From Actinomycetota bacterium (GTDB lineage: Bacteria; Actinomycetota; Geothermincolia; Fen-727; JAQURN01), in contig JAQURN010000001.1 in assembly GCA_028715585.1 (NCBI GenBank), positions 1-31,309 on the forward strand: DNA of 31,309 bases, given 5' to 3'. Of the stretch, positions 9,470 to 19,412 are shown in pieces. The translations under genes and the position numbers were made by a program. Numbering within the stretch: position 1 is the stretch's first letter; each line of letters starts with the position of its first letter. The notes beneath the pieces were generated by a model. The model searched no databases and had not been told where the DNA came from. It saw only the letters and a program-made list of their open reading frames with translations.

Positions 9470-10049
9470 CGTTCTTCAGCTCATCAACAGATGTAAACGG
9501 ACCATTTTTTTCGCGACATTCAACTATGCGCTGGGAAAGGGTCGGGCCAATGCCGGGAAGCTTATCGAGTTCTTCTGCTCCAGCAAGGTTTATGTTTACA
9601 AGCCCAGTGCTCTCTTGCCCCCCAGCTGGAAGGGAACCGTTTTGCAATGGCGCCGCGGTGGAAGCCGACGGCACCATGACTTTCTGCCCATCCTTTACCC
9701 TTTCGGCAAGGTTCACACTGTCTATTCGGGCGTCTGGAAGCGCTCCACCGGCCTTGGTCAGGACGTCCGCTACTCTCGAGCCAGAGGGAACGCGATATAG
9801 GCCTGGATTTAAGACAGCACCCGCCACATGCACAGCAAGCATGCGCACTGATTCTTTTTTGCCTGTTGGCTTCTCGGCAACTGTTATCGCTTTAGGTTTA
9901 GAACGTAAGTATCCAAAGGCAGAACCGGCAACGAGTAGAACGCAAATTAGGACTATGATGGCAAGCTGAAAGCGCGAAAGGGATTTCGCGTTTTCAGCGA
10001 TGTCGCTAAAAAAAACTTTTATACGGCTCAGAATCGAACTTGCTTGCAT
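9414..10049 (-). CDS. comEA: Competence DNA receptor ComEA (N-terminal TM helix, SLBB domain, HhH domain)
   Basis: TM segment; VHVAGAVLNPGLY...GSRVADVL..AGG; VNLAERVKDGQKVMVP; VNINLA...LDKLPGIGPTLSQRIV...GPFTSVDELKNVEGIG. Confidence 0.93.
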   Translation of the reverse strand: MQASSILSRIKVFFSDIAENAKSLSRFQLAIIVLICVLLVAGSAFGYLRSKPKAITVAEKPTGKKESVRMLAVHVAGAVLNPGLYRVPSGSRVADVLTKAGGALPDARIDSVNLAERVKDGQKVMVPSASTAAPLQNGSLPAGGQESTGLVNINLAGAEELDKLPGIGPTLSQRIVECREKNGPFTSVDELKNVEGIGPKKFQSIKDLVTI

Positions 10050-10135
10050 TGCTTATATGTTAACACAGCAATTCAAGCAAATACAAGAGTGGCCTACTTC
10101 GAGGATTGTTCTAGGAATAGCGGTTATCTGTCGCT

Positions 10136-12607
10136 TCAGACAACTATATTTACGAGTTTTCCCGGGATGGCGACAAGCTTCTTTATGTCTCTCTCCCCAA
10201 CAAATCTCTTTACCTTCTCAGATTCCAAAGCCAGCCTTTTCATTTCATCCTCGGAGATATCACATCTGGCATTTAGCCTGTCGCGAACTTTCCCATTCAC
10301 CTGGACAACAATCGTTATCTCCTCTGGCTTTGCAAGCTCAGGGTCGTAAATAGGCCAGGGCGCCTCGTGAATACTCCCCTTATGCCCCAGAGCCTCCCAC
10401 AACTCCTCCGTGATGAATGGGCAAGATGGCGCAAGGAGACCGAGCACCACTTCAACTGCTTCGCGCATTATTCCCACATCAGCTTTTTCACTGCCAAAAT
10501 AACCATATGTCTCATTGACAAGCTCCATTATGAAACTAACCGCGGTATTGAAAGCGAACTCTTCGACATCTCTGGTCACGTTCTGAATCGTCCTATGAAT
10601 AACGCTTTGCATCGCTCTATCCCTTTGGCTGCATCCATTCCCAGCTTCTCCAACCTTCCCTTCCAAAGGAAGGAAGCACTCGTGAACCAACCTCCAAACC
10701 CTAGAAAGAAATCGTCGAGCGCCCCTCACTCCCTCGTCGCTCCAATCTTTATCTTGCTCGGGAGGTCCCATGAATACTATATAGAGCCTGAGGGTATCTG
10801 ATCCGTACATCTCTATGTAGCTAGCAGGGGCAACAATATTCCCTTTAGACTTGCTCATCTTGGCCCCATCTTTGGTAATCATCCCCTGGCACAAAAGGCG
10901 AGTAAACGGCTCGACGAAATCAATCATGCCCATGTCGTAAATTACCTTGGTGAAAAATCGGGAATAAAGAAGATGCATGATTGCATGCTCGATGCCACCA
11001 ATGTATTGGTCAACTGGCATCCAATAAGAAGCTTTTTCCACATCGAACGGGCCTTCACCAAAATGGGGGCTCACATACCGAAAGTAGTACCAGGATGAAT
11101 CCACAAAGGTGTCCATGGTATCAGTCTCTCGCCTCGCAGTAGAGCCGCAGCGAGGGCATTTTGTCTCGTAGAATGACTTCTCGAAAGGAAGGGGCGACTT
11201 CCCACCCTCTCTCAATTGGAGATCCTCTGGCAATATCACAGGAAGCTCTTCTTCTGGAACCGGCACAACCCCACACGAATCACAGTACACAATTGGAATT
11301 GGGGCCCCCCAGTACCTTTGCCTTGAAACAAGCCAATCGCGAAGTCTGTAGTTGACTTTCCTTTCTCCTATTCCTTCTTTCTCAACAAAATCACAAATAC
11401 TTTGGATGCCTTTATCACTAGGAAGGCCACTAAAAGGACCGGAATCAACCATAAGCCCTGGCTCTTCGTATGCCTCTTCCATCTCATCGGGTCGAAGCAG
11501 TCCGTCGGGAGGCTGAATCACCACCCGAATAGGAAGGTTATATTTCCTCGCGAATTCAAAGTCCCTTTGATCATGAGCTGGTACCGCCATAACCGCCCCG
11601 GTACCATACTCCATCAACACGAAATTGGCGGTGTATATCGGGATCTCTTCGCCGGTGAATGGATTTATAACATAGTCCTCCAGAAATATACCTTCTTTTT
11701 CAGCCTCCAGGGCGGTTCTCTCCATGGTGGTTCTCTTGCTCAATTTTCGGCGGAACTCGAGAATGCGGCTGGCAAGTTTCTCGTCCTTCGCCAGCCTATC
11801 AACCAGGGGATGTTCGGGAGCCAGAAGGAAAAACGTTATGCCATACACGGTATCAGCTCGAGTGGTGTAGATTCGAATTTTTTCACCGGTAGATTTGAGG
11901 GTGAAATCTATCTCCGCCCCTTCAGACCTACCAATCCAATTCTTCTGCATGAGAAGGACTCGCTCTGGCCAACCCGAGAGCTTATCCATATCCTCAAGCA
12001 ATCGTTCAGCGTAATCGGTTATCTTGAAAAACCACTGGTTTAGCCTCTTCAGTTCAACTTTGGTTCCACACCTCTCGCAAGTGTCATCCCAAAGCACCTG
12101 TTCATTGGCAAGGACTGTGCCACAAGAAGGACACCAGTTAGCATTGGCATCCGCTTTATATGCAAGATCTCTTTCATACATCTTGAGGAAAAACCACTGA
12201 GTCCATTTGTAATACTCAGGGTCACAAGTGGAAATCTCGCGGGACCAATCGTAGGCGTATCCAAGCCTTTTCAGGTCGTCGCGAATGAGACGTATGTTAT
12301 TTCTGGTCCATTCCGCGGGATGAATACCTCCAGAAATAGCGGCGTTTTCCGCCGGCAAACCAAAGGCGTCATAACCCATCGGATTGAGAACAGAAAATCC
12401 CTTGCGGAAGTAATACCGCGCCATTACATCTCCAAGAGTATAGTTCGCCACATGGCCCATATGTGCTGGACCGCTAGGATAGGGAAACATCACCAGCACA
12501 TACAACTTTTCACGGCTTGAGTCCTCTATTGCCCTGAAATGTTTTTCTTCTTCCCAGCGCTCCAGCCACTTCTTCTCTATTTCGTTATGCTTGTATTCTG
12601 GCGACAT
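10136..12607 (-). CDS. leuS: Leucine--tRNA ligase
   Basis: MFPYPSG..HMGH (HIGH-like), KMSKS, NWIGRSEG, YTTRADT, GTGAVMAVPAHDQRD, DWLVSRQRYWGAPIP, DTMDTFVDSSWY, YIGGIEHA. Confidence 0.98.
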   Translation of the reverse strand: MSPEYKHNEIEKKWLERWEEEKHFRAIEDSSREKLYVLVMFPYPSGPAHMGHVANYTLGDVMARYYFRKGFSVLNPMGYDAFGLPAENAAISGGIHPAEWTRNNIRLIRDDLKRLGYAYDWSREISTCDPEYYKWTQWFFLKMYERDLAYKADANANWCPSCGTVLANEQVLWDDTCERCGTKVELKRLNQWFFKITDYAERLLEDMDKLSGWPERVLLMQKNWIGRSEGAEIDFTLKSTGEKIRIYTTRADTVYGITFFLLAPEHPLVDRLAKDEKLASRILEFRRKLSKRTTMERTALEAEKEGIFLEDYVINPFTGEEIPIYTANFVLMEYGTGAVMAVPAHDQRDFEFARKYNLPIRVVIQPPDGLLRPDEMEEAYEEPGLMVDSGPFSGLPSDKGIQSICDFVEKEGIGERKVNYRLRDWLVSRQRYWGAPIPIVYCDSCGVVPVPEEELPVILPEDLQLREGGKSPLPFEKSFYETKCPRCGSTARRETDTMDTFVDSSWYYFRYVSPHFGEGPFDVEKASYWMPVDQYIGGIEHAIMHLLYSRFFTKVIYDMGMIDFVEPFTRLLCQGMITKDGAKMSKSKGNIVAPASYIEMYGSDTLRLYIVFMGPPEQDKDWSDEGVRGARRFLSRVWRLVHECFLPLEGKVGEAGNGCSQRDRAMQSVIHRTIQNVTRDVEEFAFNTAVSFIMELVNETYGYFGSEKADVGIMREAVEVVLGLLAPSCPFITEELWEALGHKGSIHEAPWPIYDPELAKPEEITIVVQVNGKVRDRLNARCDISEDEMKRLALESEKVKRFVGERDIKKLVAIPGKLVNIVV

Positions 12608-12737
12608 TGTCTAAACCTCAAATCGGCGCTCAATGATATCACAAGAAAAAACTGCTTCTGCGAGAATCCCCGCGAGGAACTCAAACCAAAACTAAGAGAG
12701 CTATGACCTCGCCAGGAAGGCGAATACCGGGCGATAG

Positions 12738-13391
12738 CTACCATCCCTCCCCAATTGTATGTGAAGAGCCGGCTTTCTCGGCGAGCGTCCTCGCAAAGTC
12801 TCCATCGAGTATGCCTGTCGACACAAAGCTAACCACTTCTCGCGCCATCGATTCGACGTCTATCACTCCCCTCTCTCCCCCTAATGCCACCCGGTATGGA
12901 ACCTGGAAAAAAAGCATTAGCATCGCCTTTGCGATGAGGTCAGTATCCATGGGCCTAAAGACTCCCATTTTTATGCCACTATCTAGTATCCCAGCGATGA
13001 GATTGGACATCTTGCGGTCGAAATCGTCCCACAGAGCATATAGCGATGGGTCAGCCGAAAACGCCTCCTGAAAATAAACCAGGACCAAATCCTTGTTTTC
13101 CAGAAACAACCTGTAAAACATCGCGAGTCCCTCATGAATCTTCCCTGTTAGAAGGTCAGGGTCGAGATTTTCCGCCACCACGGTATTCCTGGTTGATTCA
13201 TAGAGATTTCTGAGAAATGAACTCATCAACTCGGAAAATACGTGGCGCTTGCTCAAAAAATACTTGTAGAAGGTCGCTCGGGCAACATCAGCTTCATTGA
13301 TTATGTCCTGTACAGTGGCTTTCTTGAATCCCTTTTCAGAAAAGACTTTTTTGGCTGCGGAAAGAATTTTAGAGCTCGTTTCAGATTTCAT
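12738..13391 (-). CDS. TetR/AcrR family transcriptional regulator; probable start ATG 13391 rather than 13445
   Basis: N-terminal HTH ILSAAKKVFSEKGFKKATVQDIINEADVARATFYKYFLSK; divergent from the flavoprotein gene. Confidence 0.9.
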   Translation of the reverse strand: MKSETSSKILSAAKKVFSEKGFKKATVQDIINEADVARATFYKYFLSKRHVFSELMSSFLRNLYESTRNTVVAENLDPDLLTGKIHEGLAMFYRLFLENKDLVLVYFQEAFSADPSLYALWDDFDRKMSNLIAGILDSGIKMGVFRPMDTDLIAKAMLMLFFQVPYRVALGGERGVIDVESMAREVVSFVSTGILDGDFARTLAEKAGSSHTIGEGW

Positions 13392-13479
13392 CTCTCGTCT
13401 TCCATCAGATGAATAGCGTTCTTCAAAGCATTTTAGCAACAACAAGGCTAATCGTGTGAGATAAGTGCAATTTGCCCTG

Positions 13480-13496
13480 AATCATTTTTGATGATT
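13480..13496. promoter_or_regulatory. Candidate operator (inverted repeat) in the tetR / oxidoreductase divergent promoter region
   Basis: AATCAT-ttttg-ATGATT perfect 6-bp arms, extendable imperfectly to tgAATCAT...ATGATTga, 23 nt upstream of ATG 13520. Confidence 0.35.
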
Positions 13497-13519
13497 GAAT
13501 CGTGAAAAGGTGGTAAGAA

Positions 13520-14605
13520 ATGGCTAAAAAGTCTAGAAAAGTAACCATATATGGCGCAGGAATGTCGGGGCTTATCGCGGCAATCAACTTGAGGAGAGAT
13601 GGCTTCCAGGTCACCGTAAAGGAAAAAGAGCCTACCTACGGTGGCTCTAGCATTTACAACCCATCCACCCACGTAACCCCACTTGACCTCAAGGCAACGT
13701 CAAAATACATAGGCATCGACATATCTAGTGTTTTTCACGAAGTTTCAGCATGTCCCTCTTATTTCGGCAAAACAAAGGTACTTCTCCCCGTACATGAAGT
13801 GTACGCAGTCGAGCGTGGCAACCGAGAAACGAGCCTCGACACGCTTCTTTTCAACGAATGCAAGGAAATTGGAGTCGATTTCGAATTCGATTCTCCGCTT
13901 ACTCAAGAAGAAGTCCAAAATCTCCCTCCTGATTCGATTATTGCCTGCGGCCTTACTCCTTCCGCCTACGAGATGCTCGGCATCCCTTACTTGAAGTGGT
14001 TCGGGTGGATTTCGAGAGGAGAAATCAGATTGAATAGTTACGCCTGGCTATGGTGGGGCAAATGCGTGACGGAATATGGCTATTTCTCTTCGGTGAACAA
14101 CTATTACTTCGACCTCCTTTTCAGCATAAAACCAGTGTCGAAATCCTGTCTGGATGAGTACATCTCATTCATGGCACACGCCGAGGGAATCGAACATAAA
14201 GACTGGCAATACGTATCGGGAGCGGTTCCAATAGCCTCACCTGAAAATCCCCGCCTATTCTGGAAAAATGCCATCCTTTGCGGGACGATATCAGGGGCAC
14301 AGGACCCCTTCATGTGGTTTGGCATATCAGGGGCACTCATAACCGGCAAAATCGCCGCGCTCGCGCTAACCGACAAGGAAAAAGCGGAGAGGGAATTCAG
14401 GCGCTTCACCCGCTGGTTTAGCCAAGCGTTCTGGTTCAAAAACAAAATCTGGTATCGGTTTGTGCGTCCAAATATCCAGCAACTCGAACGTGGAATTAGG
14501 CTAATCGGACCAAAAAGAGTAGAAAAGCTAGCCCACTTAACCGAGACTGGCAAAATACCAGCGAGGATGGCGATTCCTGGCTTCAGCCATTTGAGCTGCC
14601 ATTAG
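13520..14605 (+). CDS. FAD-dependent oxidoreductase, geranylgeranyl-reductase-like
   Basis: Rossmann motif VTIYGAGMSGLIAA...VKEK; VERG motif; C-terminal LCGTISGAQDPFMWFGISGALITGKIAA resembles the GD(A)AG..DP..G.GI..A..SG..AA segment of GGR-type flavoproteins. Confidence 0.65.
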   Translation: MAKKSRKVTIYGAGMSGLIAAINLRRDGFQVTVKEKEPTYGGSSIYNPSTHVTPLDLKATSKYIGIDISSVFHEVSACPSYFGKTKVLLPVHEVYAVERGNRETSLDTLLFNECKEIGVDFEFDSPLTQEEVQNLPPDSIIACGLTPSAYEMLGIPYLKWFGWISRGEIRLNSYAWLWWGKCVTEYGYFSSVNNYYFDLLFSIKPVSKSCLDEYISFMAHAEGIEHKDWQYVSGAVPIASPENPRLFWKNAILCGTISGAQDPFMWFGISGALITGKIAALALTDKEKAEREFRRFTRWFSQAFWFKNKIWYRFVRPNIQQLERGIRLIGPKRVEKLAHLTETGKIPARMAIPGFSHLSCH

Positions 14606-14608
14606 AAG

Positions 14609-16081
14609 CTATCGTTTCTTGAAGATCCTTCGTGCCAAAACAAGCGACATAAGCCCGAGGAACCCATAGGTAAGGGGACGCATTGCTTTGAGAAGGGGCT
14701 CATTGGGTTCAAATTCCACGTTCAAGGATACTTTCTTTGCGAGCTTGTCAGCGGCAATAAGTTCGGATGTCTTGTTGGCGGTCCATATTGCCGCCTCCAT
14801 CCCCCCGGAGCTCACGCTCGTTTGAGTAAAATCGCCAGTGAGATAGAGATTGTCGTAAGGACTCCGCTGGAAAGGGCGCCTGCTTTCCATACCAGGATAT
14901 GGACGATAAACCCCTTGCCTCTCCCGCACCACCTTGTACTTACGAACGCTTGCTTCTTTCGCGGCAGGAAAAAGACTTTTTATTTGCTCGAGGGCAATTT
15001 CGAATATCACGTTATCTGGAAGTCCACGAATGTGGTCAGCGGGCGAAAGGACCATCTCGAACATGCTTCCGCCTTTGAATATATGAGGGAGGACGTTGGA
15101 AAGGTCCGCAAAGGTATTGAAGATGCAGTCATTCGCGAAAAATGTCACATCCACATCGGTCAGTTTTTTGTCGAACCAGATTTGCAGAGAAAGTGAAGGG
15201 GCATATTCGAAATGCCACAAATCGCGAAAGTACTCATATGAGTATGCGCTTTCCGGAAGTATCTTTCTCAAGGCAAAAGGACTCATCGCGGAAACGTAGA
15301 TATCGGCTTCAAGTGATTCCTCGCCGTTGACAACTACATTTTGAACTTTGCCATCTTCCACGTTGATTGCCGTCACCTCTTTTTTTAGGGAGGCCTCTCC
15401 CTCTTTGTTCTTGATGTAATCAACACATTTCTCGACCCATATCTCGCCAAGACCTCCATTGGCAAATCCAACCCTCGCGTTCTGAGCTGACCCCATTACC
15501 TTAAGAACCCAGTTGAGCATGACCTTTGCCGATACGGCATATGAGGGAGTAAACGTGAGTCCATTTACTCCTGGTTCCATGAGCTTCAAGCCGTCGAGAG
15601 GTCCATACCTATAGACGAGGGAAGCCATGCTCACCTTATCGTATTCATTTATTTTTTCTTTGCTCATCAAGAACGCGGAGCCAATTGGAACGCATGCGGG
15701 AAGAAACTTCCACCGCGGAATTCCACGATAATCCTTGAGAAGGTGCATATATCCATAAACCCCATGCAAGGGAGCTGGCAAATCTATAAACTTCAAAACC
15801 GCGTTCTTGCCACCTGGCTGGGCGTAGTAGAATTCAGTGTTCTTCCAGAGGATGTTGTCGTAGATGCCCATCTTCTTGAAGAATTGTATGAGGTTGACAT
15901 AGTAGGGAAAGAAAACGTGAAGGGCATTATCAACCATGTCCCCATCCTCATCCCTCCATGAATTCGCCCTCCCCCCAAATATTTCATCAGCCTCGACTAG
16001 GGATACATCTATCCCAAGGTCTAGGAGATTTATCGCGGTAGCCAAGCCGCTCATTCCGCCGCCCATTATCAGTGCCTTCAA
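14609..16081 (-). CDS. FAD-dependent oxidoreductase, phytoene desaturase (CrtP/ZDS) / HpnE-like amine oxidase superfamily
   Basis: IMGGGMSGLATA...VEADEIFGGRANSWRDEDGDMVDNALHVFF parallels the PDS GG..AAW.D.DGD..ETGLH.FF segment; RPFQRSPYDNLYLTGDFT...GGMEAA; hydrophobic C-terminal tail; TTG start with SD GAGGGGG. Confidence 0.8.
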   Translation of the reverse strand: MKALIMGGGMSGLATAINLLDLGIDVSLVEADEIFGGRANSWRDEDGDMVDNALHVFFPYYVNLIQFFKKMGIYDNILWKNTEFYYAQPGGKNAVLKFIDLPAPLHGVYGYMHLLKDYRGIPRWKFLPACVPIGSAFLMSKEKINEYDKVSMASLVYRYGPLDGLKLMEPGVNGLTFTPSYAVSAKVMLNWVLKVMGSAQNARVGFANGGLGEIWVEKCVDYIKNKEGEASLKKEVTAINVEDGKVQNVVVNGEESLEADIYVSAMSPFALRKILPESAYSYEYFRDLWHFEYAPSLSLQIWFDKKLTDVDVTFFANDCIFNTFADLSNVLPHIFKGGSMFEMVLSPADHIRGLPDNVIFEIALEQIKSLFPAAKEASVRKYKVVRERQGVYRPYPGMESRRPFQRSPYDNLYLTGDFTQTSVSSGGMEAAIWTANKTSELIAADKLAKKVSLNVEFEPNEPLLKAMRPLTYGFLGLMSLVLARRIFKKR

Positions 16082-16116
16082 GCTTTACCCCCCTCGATTT
16101 GCGCCAGGACTAGTTT

Positions 16117-17775
16117 TTACCGCTTCTCTTTCTTTTCCTGCTCGCGTTTTTTCATTTCTTCTTCCAGGAGAGCACGCCTCAACACCTTTCCAACCAGAGT
16201 CTTTGGCAAGGAGTCCCTGAACTCTACGAGCCTCGGTGCCTTATAAGAAGCAAGACGCTCTCTCCCATAAGCAATCATTTCTTTTTCAGTAGCTTCTTCG
16301 CCGGGCTTGAGAACTAGGTACACTTTCACAGTCTCTCCACGGTATTCATCTGGGATGCCTATGGCGACCGCTTCCTGTACCTTTGGATGCGCATAAAAAA
16401 CCTCGTCTATCTCCCTAGGGAATATGTTGAATCCTCCGGCGATTATCAAGTCTTTCTTCCGGTCAACTACATAGAAATAACCATCCTCGTCAACGGTGCA
16501 GATGTCTCCCGTGTAGAGCCATCCGTCTCTAAGAGTCTGGGCGGTTTCCTCGGGCTTGTTCCAGTATCCCTTCATCACTTGTGGACCACGAATGCACATC
16601 TCCCCTGGTTCGTTCAAGCCAAGTTCCACCTCTCCAGTCTCCGTATCGACTATCTTTACCTCGGTGTCTGGGAATGGCATTCCAATAGAGCCTATTTTCT
16701 TCATCCCAAAAACTGGATTGGAGTGGGTAACCGGCGATGCCTCGGTAAGCCCATATCCTTCGCATACGATTCCCCCAGATAGGCGAGAGAAATTCTTTTG
16801 AACCTCGATTGGAAGCGGCGCGGACCCGGAGTTGCACAATTTTATACGATCCACCCCATACTTCTTGGCTTCTGGGTGACTCAATATAGAAACATACAGA
16901 GTGGGAACCCCGGGGAAGAAGTTGGGCTTATATTTCTGGATAGTCTGAAGCATCATGTTTATCTCAAACTGGGGAACCAGAATCATGGTAGAAGCACTAA
17001 AAATAGAAAAATTCATGCAGACGGTTTGTCCGTATGAGTGGAAAAATGGAATCACGGAGAGGCAAACATCTTTACCTCGTTCGACAAATTCCCTTCCCCA
17101 AAAGCTGACCTGCAAGGTATTACTCACTAGATTTTTATGGGTAAGCATTGCCCCTTTTGTCAGCCCCGTGGTTCCTCCAGTGTATTGGATTACAGCGACA
17201 TCTTCGTCGGGATTTATTTCTATGTCTGGCACTTCTGATGAGGACTCCTCTACAAGCTCCTTGAAATAATAGTCGTTTGTGCCCTTCTGGGCGGAAGGAG
17301 TAACAGGGGTCTCCATGTAATCGGTAATGCTGGATATTATTCTCTTCTTTACAGGTGTTTTATCCTTTACCGCATCAATTCTCTCGTGGAAGAGGTCGAG
17401 GTATATAATCGTTTCGGCTCCACAATCGTTGAGTTCGTATTCGAGCTCTCTTTCCACGTGAAGCGGGCTTATTGTGGCAACACATCCCCCCGCGAGCAGA
17501 ATGCCATAATAAGCGATAATCATCTGGGGACAGTTGGGAAGCATAAGCGCAACCCTGTCCCCCTTCTTCACTCCAAGCCCTATCAGGGCGGCGGCAAAGC
17601 GCCGCACCTGCTCACGAAGCTCGCCGTACGTCAACTTCTGATCGAAAAATACAGTCGCTACAGTGTCCTCATAGCGCATGCAAGAAATCTCGAGAATTTT
17701 ATAAAGGGAAATCCGTGGGTATCTTATAGTTTCAGGTACGAAGTAGTCATAGTTCTTGATCCAAATTTTTTCCAT
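16117..17775 (-). CDS. Long-chain fatty acid--CoA ligase (FadD/LcfA-like)
   Basis: YTGGTTGLTKG AMP-binding motif; IPFFHSYG; EGYGLTEASPV; GWLYTGD; VDRKKDLIIAGGFNIFPREIDE; LPKTLVGKVLRR. Confidence 0.93.
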   Translation of the reverse strand: MEKIWIKNYDYFVPETIRYPRISLYKILEISCMRYEDTVATVFFDQKLTYGELREQVRRFAAALIGLGVKKGDRVALMLPNCPQMIIAYYGILLAGGCVATISPLHVERELEYELNDCGAETIIYLDLFHERIDAVKDKTPVKKRIISSITDYMETPVTPSAQKGTNDYYFKELVEESSSEVPDIEINPDEDVAVIQYTGGTTGLTKGAMLTHKNLVSNTLQVSFWGREFVERGKDVCLSVIPFFHSYGQTVCMNFSIFSASTMILVPQFEINMMLQTIQKYKPNFFPGVPTLYVSILSHPEAKKYGVDRIKLCNSGSAPLPIEVQKNFSRLSGGIVCEGYGLTEASPVTHSNPVFGMKKIGSIGMPFPDTEVKIVDTETGEVELGLNEPGEMCIRGPQVMKGYWNKPEETAQTLRDGWLYTGDICTVDEDGYFYVVDRKKDLIIAGGFNIFPREIDEVFYAHPKVQEAVAIGIPDEYRGETVKVYLVLKPGEEATEKEMIAYGRERLASYKAPRLVEFRDSLPKTLVGKVLRRALLEEEMKKREQEKKEKR

Positions 17776-17843
17776 GTCACTCGCCTCTCTTTCTCGATGT
17801 AAAGACCCCTAAGCTCCTAAATAATACAATATCAAACTCGCGG

Positions 17844-19403
17844 CTAACAAAAAACCGAAAGCGCCTCATCTCGTCCTCCAAAGACAAACGCGGTAACTGA
17901 ATGGGCAGGGAAGGTGTAGTTGGAAAGTACATCTCCAACATCAGCGGAAGAACATGAAACGCTGACCTTTCTGTCGTTGGAAACAGTATTCACCGAGAGA
18001 GCGTCAGGAGCGTCGAGAAGATAGATATACACATTGCCGCTGGGGTTGTACCCTTTTAACTCTATTTGCGCCTCGATGTCGTTTGCCCAATCACGGTTTA
18101 TGACGAATAAAACAAGAGTCTCGCCATCCTCACTTAGCTGGGAGCTAACATCGAGAATAGGGACCCCGCTCATCTGTTGAATTCCCCCAAAAGCCGGAGA
18201 CGAAAAGGTTCTGCCTTTGAAATTAGTCTCAACCACCACTGGTTCGGAGAGGTTCGCGTACATGAGAAACGGATAATAAATGGCAGTTCTATGCACCTTC
18301 TCCCCGCGAGCGCTAACTACCCCTAAAACATTGGCAAACTGGGCGATATTTGCCATCTTTACAGTGTTCGCGTGCCGATGAAGAACGTGAAATACCCCGC
18401 TCACAAAAAGCGCGTCTCTCAGATTCCAGCGCGGGAAAAAAAGTTGCGCGGGGTTCCACCACAGATTCCACTCATCTAAAGCGATAACCGGCTTTCCAGC
18501 CGAACCCATAATTTTCTCTATATCCTCTTCGACTTGGATTAGCCTTCTTTCAAGCTCCAGTGGAGCAGACACAATAGCTCGATATACGCCCTCTGGTCCA
18601 TGCTTTGCCGCGGACGCCAACACTCCTAAAATTCTCTCCCATCCTGGAAGATAGACATGGATGGAAAGAAAATCTATCCATTCCCCCGCGATTTCGAGAA
18701 CTTTGCGGTTCCATGTATCGCTGAAATAATGGTCGGCGCCTACAGCCACAAGATTTATTCCATCGTCTGCTTCCTTCATGGCGTCTCTGAATTCGAGGTA
18801 ACCCCTAGCGTACTCTGCTGGACCCCTGTGACCAAGAGCCCAGAATCCATAAATCTCGTTTCCCACCCCCCAAAGTTTCACACCATATGGCTCTTCTCTG
18901 CCATTCGCGGCTCGCTTATTTCCGCCAAAGGTGGACTTGTCTCCGTTCATGTATTCCACCCAGTCTCTGGCCTCCTCGGGAGTCGAAGTGCCAAAATTCA
19001 CGTTTATATAGGCTTGGGCACCTACGGACTCGATAAGTTCCATGAATTCATGGCTACCAAACGCATGGGGGTCCAGAACGCGCGTAAGTGGGCCATATCT
19101 CGACCAATACCTGTTTATCCTCAAAGGCCTACCTTCTACAGGTCCTATACCGTCTCTCCAGTTATAACCATCAGCATAAAGCCCCCCAGGCCAACGAATG
19201 ACAGGGGCACCTACGTCCTTCAAGTATTTCACCATCTCGTCTCTCACAACCCATGGCGAGAGCATGCCAGGTTTTTCTTTCTTCAAAATACCCCCATACA
19301 GCGAGCGGGCCATATTTTCGATGAAATGCCCATATATCTTGGGGTCTATTTCTCCTGTCTTTCGGGAGGCATCAACTTCTATAAGATTTTTTGTCATCAC
19401 CAC
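17844..19403 (-). CDS. Glycoside hydrolase family 51 (alpha-L-arabinofuranosidase-like), no signal peptide seen
   Basis: IYGHFIE, RWPGG..ADGYNWRDGIGP, FGSHEF, WVEYMN, WGVGNE (acid/base Glu), LDEWNLW (nucleophile Glu), VKMANIAQ. Confidence 0.9.
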   Translation of the reverse strand: MVMTKNLIEVDASRKTGEIDPKIYGHFIENMARSLYGGILKKEKPGMLSPWVVRDEMVKYLKDVGAPVIRWPGGLYADGYNWRDGIGPVEGRPLRINRYWSRYGPLTRVLDPHAFGSHEFMELIESVGAQAYINVNFGTSTPEEARDWVEYMNGDKSTFGGNKRAANGREEPYGVKLWGVGNEIYGFWALGHRGPAEYARGYLEFRDAMKEADDGINLVAVGADHYFSDTWNRKVLEIAGEWIDFLSIHVYLPGWERILGVLASAAKHGPEGVYRAIVSAPLELERRLIQVEEDIEKIMGSAGKPVIALDEWNLWWNPAQLFFPRWNLRDALFVSGVFHVLHRHANTVKMANIAQFANVLGVVSARGEKVHRTAIYYPFLMYANLSEPVVVETNFKGRTFSSPAFGGIQQMSGVPILDVSSQLSEDGETLVLFVINRDWANDIEAQIELKGYNPSGNVYIYLLDAPDALSVNTVSNDRKVSVSCSSADVGDVLSNYTFPAHSVTAFVFGGRDEALSVFC

Positions 19404-19412
19404 TCCCTTTCC

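Noticed and set aside
12608-12737. T-box or attenuator upstream of leuS
   Set aside because: The gap is only about 130 bp, with no T-box consensus or terminator, just a 5-bp hairpin at about 12709-12723.
13433-13451. TTAGC-N9-GCTAA as a second CIRCE
   Set aside because: The arms are only 5 bp and the total is 19 bp rather than 27; there is no chaperone gene nearby.
14609-16081. Carotenoid or hopanoid biosynthesis cluster
   Set aside because: No phytoene/squalene synthase, cyclase or prenyltransferase is in the window.
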